55,069 nt of DNA. Origin: an uncultured virus (IMG/VR IMGVR_UViG_2049941000_000050). Lineage: Duplodnaviria > Heunggongvirae > Uroviricota > Caudoviricetes. Below are positions 52,243 through 55,069 of the stretch, in pieces. The stretch is taken from IMG/VR virus record IMGVR_UViG_2049941000_000050. One strand, 5' to 3'. The position numbers were made by a program, and so were the translations under genes. Numbering within the stretch: position 1 is the first letter of the stretch; each line of letters opens with the position of its first letter. The notes under the pieces are model-generated. The model saw only the letters and a list, made by a program, of their open reading frames with translations, searched no databases and had not been told where the DNA came from.

Positions 52243-54969
52243 TCATACCCCGAAATCGCTCATAACCAGCTCCTGGACGTCCACGGTCTGGTTAGTTACC
52301 GTGAAATTGAGGACTATAAACTCAATGGACTTTACCGGTCGGACGTAAATCCCGACGTGGAGTTCATTGTTGTCGATTGTTTCGGGGGTGTTGTTCCTGT
52401 CGTCGCAGACCACTATGTACTGGGAAACCCCGTCGTCGGACTGAATCCTGTCGAGATATGAGGAAACCGAATCTCTCACTCTCGACCTCAGGTACTCGGT
52501 ATTACCCTCGTAGTTGAAATACTTTAAAATATTACTGATATCTCGCTCTATCCCAAGCATCAGCCTCCGTACGTTAACCCTGTCCAGCGCGGTTTTTTCG
52601 GTCTGGAAGGTTCTCTACCCCTCGACGACTATACCCCCGACGGGGTAGTTCACCGCGTAGTTCCACGAATTTACGTAAATCTGACCGGCTTCCTCGTTCG
52701 TCGGGGAGAACGCCAGGTCGGTGGTGTCGGAAACCACCCCACGGTTCAGCCCCGCCGGGGCGTACCAGTACCTCCCGTATGTGTCCGTGTACAGGTAGAC
52801 ACCGGCGACCTTGATGGATGGCGGCATCCACATGTAGTTTCCGCCGTCGTGGTCGAGCGAGTAGAACCAGTCCAGGTACCCGGCGGAATAAGAAGAGTTG
52901 AAAATCCCGGAAATAAGCCTGATTTTTGGAAGAATAGAGTTTTGGACGGTGTTGGACGGGTTGGTCCGTCTAACGATTTTGCTGTTTCCGGTCAGACAGA
53001 GCTGTCTCGGACCGTCGGCGACGAAAATAACGTCCTTTCTGGTGTTTGAGGCAAAATCGTCGAATCTCTGGATAACCTTCCTCCAAACGTTTATCTGCCC
53101 GCGGTCGCCCATTTTGAACAGGTGCGCCGTTTCGGACGCCAAATCGTAGAAACCGCTCCTCAGAAACTGGTCTTTCACGAAATTCCCGTTTTTGTCGGTC
53201 TGGCACGTCGACGCGACGAACTGGGCGATGTTTGATACCCCGGCGTCCTCGACCACGTCGATTTCAAGGACGTTCTTGTCCCCATTCCGGTTGAAAATTT
53301 TAAGCATCGCCTCGTAAATCGACTTTGAGACGTGGATTCGCTTCTCGGTGTCGGCTTCGTAGAATCCCATCGAGCACCCTACCTGGTTGTTGACGGCGAG
53401 AATCGACGCGTTTTTATACCCGTTTTCCCCAACCGGAACGTTAGAGAAAAGGTTCACGTACCTGGAATTCCCGTTGACTATGTCGTCGATGAAAACCCTT
53501 TCCCCGGTAACCTCGTCCACGGCTTCCGGGTCGAGCGAGCCGACGAAGGATTCCACCGGGAAGAAGTTCATTTTCCCGCTATCAGCTGTGTCGCGGTAAA
53601 CCTTGAACACCACCAGCCCTATCTGCTTGAGGTATCGGCGGTCAAGCCGGTCCCCGACAAAGGTTACCTCGGGAAAATACTCAGCGGACCTCTCGGAAAG
53701 CGTGTAGTCGTTTACCGTAACCCTCCAGCCATCTTTTTCCTCCTGACCGAGGTACTCGCCCATCCCGACGAAATCCCTTTTGGTGCCGGATAAATTCTCG
53801 ACCGTCGTGTCAAGGGAATCCACCGGGCGGACGGAATCCTCCGGGAGCCCCTCCCTGTGCGAGTTTCTGACCTTCCCGATTACGTTGTAGTCCGAAAGGA
53901 CGCTGTCGCTCTTCTGAATTACCTCCTGGTAGAAAACGGCGTTGGCCGGGGAAACGATTACCGGCATAATTCCGAAAACCTAGTTCCCGAACTGGTCGGT
54001 CTCGTATTTTCCCCTGGTCTGGTCGACGATAAAAATCCTGTTTTTTGGAACCTTCAGCTGTTTAATCAGAAACTTGTCGTAGTTTTCGAAGGAGAGAAGC
54101 TCCTCCGAACCGTAAACCGAAGAATTTATCCCGAGATACGACGAAACCGAGTCGTCCACCGTCCTGATTTCGGAATACCTGTTCCCGGAGAATTTCCCGT
54201 AAACTCCGGAAAGGCTTGAACTGCACTCGTCGCCGTAAGCTTCCTCGAAGTAACCCCTCAGCTCGAAGAGGTATTTGGTCCTCAGCCAGGTCCCGAGAAG
54301 CGTTTTCGCGTCGATTTCGTTACCGAAAGCCTGCCGTATACTCTCCGCGATTCCGCCGTAGGCGGAAATTTCCCCGCTTACCGGCGAAAGGATGACGTCA
54401 AAAATTCCCGGTGCCTCGTTGACGTCGGAAAACGCCTCGTCGTAAATCTCTTGGTCGGAAAGCTGGAAATTCGCCATGTCCCTCACATAGGAGACGAAAT
54501 CCCGAAGGGAACCGAGCTGTTTTCCGTCCAGATAGTCGGATATGGTGTTTTTGTCCGGGTACAGAAGGTAGTCCGCTATGGTTTCGTCAGACAGATTCCC
54601 GAACCCGACGATTTCCTCGACGGTTTTAATCGGTACGGGCTCCTGGGAAACCTCGTAAGACGTATAGACGAATTTCTCGAAGGCGTTGTTGTGGTATGGG
54701 AGCTTGGCGACGTAGCAGATTCCGCCGCGTGAAACCGTCTCGTAAGCGGCGTTGTAAAGGTAGCGTTCCGCCTCTGTCTTCGGTTTCCCGTAATTTTGCA
54801 CGAAAGTGTTCATCGTGTTGACCCACCTCACGGTGTAATCCTCACCCTTGTCGGCAAAGCCGAGGGCGAGCGTCGCGGTTCCTATGGTGGAATTGTCTGC
54901 CGCTTGGTCGTACTGTGAGCGGTCAATCTCGTTTACTTCGATACCGGGGGCGTTGATTCTTCGTGCCAT
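52243..54969 (-). CDS. gp18: Tail sheath protein, paralogue 1 (908 aa, TAG read as Gln)
   Basis: N-terminus ARRINAPGIEVNEIDRS; C-terminal YWYAPAGLNRG, G*RTFQTEKTALDRVNVRRL and VVCDDRNNTPETIDNNELHVGIYVRPVKSIEFIVLNF are T4 gp18-family motifs. Three track ORFs join in frame across TAGs at 53980 and 52615; true stop is TGA at 52243. Confidence 0.93.
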
Positions 54970-54994
54970 AACTACAAAAATCCTGTCTTTCGGT

Positions 54995-55001
54995 TATTTA
55001 C
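54995..55001 (-). promoter_or_regulatory. Putative late promoter GTAAATA (sheath 1)
   Basis: Intergenic, 25 nt upstream of the start; same motif recurs before 11 genes; resembles T4 TATAAATA. Confidence 0.7.
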
Positions 55002-55069
55002 GAATTTTTCGGGGTTATTCCCCCAGATTTGTTCTTTTCTTTTAGGGGGGTATTTTCTTTATATATTTC

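Noticed and set aside
1..54969. Interpreting the fragmented genes as pseudogenes of a decaying prophage
   Set aside because: Interruptions are TAG only and always in frame, with no internal TAA/TGA or frameshifts outside N gaps, and TAG maps to conserved Gln. Random decay would not give this pattern.
1..54969. TAG as pyrrolysine or another amino acid
   Set aside because: Three paralogue alignments place TAG opposite Gln, and no pyl genes are present in the window. A formal test needs external homologues.
27808..54969. Bacterial eCIS, tailocin or T6SS locus (multiple sheaths and tubes)
   Set aside because: T4-type gp6/gp25/gp26/gp53 genes, T4-like late promoters, the many fibre genes and recoding point to a phage; no AAA ATPase or T6SS membrane genes are seen. 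Capsid genes are outside the window, so this is not directly proven.
102..55045. Numerous + strand ORFs in the track (e.g. 17346..18689, 43763..44920, 32196..33263, 50579..51529)
   Set aside because: They lie antisense to well-supported minus-strand structural genes, show no recognisable motifs, and are the expected shadow ORFs.
1..55069. Suppressor tRNA, CRISPR array, DGR, intron or intein
   Set aside because: No cloverleaf, regularly spaced repeats, reverse transcriptase, TR/VR pair or splicing motifs were recognised, and intergenic space is minimal. A tRNAscan/Infernal run would be needed to exclude these fully.

Overview
This window is the late (virion morphogenesis) region of a large T4-like contractile-tailed (myo/jumbo) phage, and essentially all real genes are on the minus strand. 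The supplied ORF track is fragmented because the genome appears to read TAG as a sense codon, most likely Gln (genetic code 15). By hand I traced about 65 in-frame TAGs in 21 genes. Reading through them joins the fragments into tightly packed genes that end only in TAA or TGA, often with ATGA/TGATG overlaps, and TAG falls on conserved Gln positions in paralogue pairs (e.g. sheath GQKTLQ vs G*RTFQ). In transcription order (right to left) the genes are: two tail-sheath paralogues (908 and 1047 aa); a tail tube and two tube-like proteins; gp26-like and gp51-like chaperones joined by a candidate -1 slippery site; two tape-measure-like genes; gp48-, gp53- and gp27-like baseplate genes; a three-gene insert; gp5-, gp25- and gp6-like genes; a ~2,590-aa baseplate protein; and a long array of fibre/adhesin genes. 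That array includes a BspA-type LRR protein fused to two CxxC thioredoxin-like domains and three collar-domain paralogues. A recurring GTAAATA element upstream of genes looks like a variant of the T4 late promoter. No tRNA, release factor, CRISPR array or mobile element was recognised. Product calls come from motif recognition and synteny, not database searches. Four N gaps limit certainty locally.
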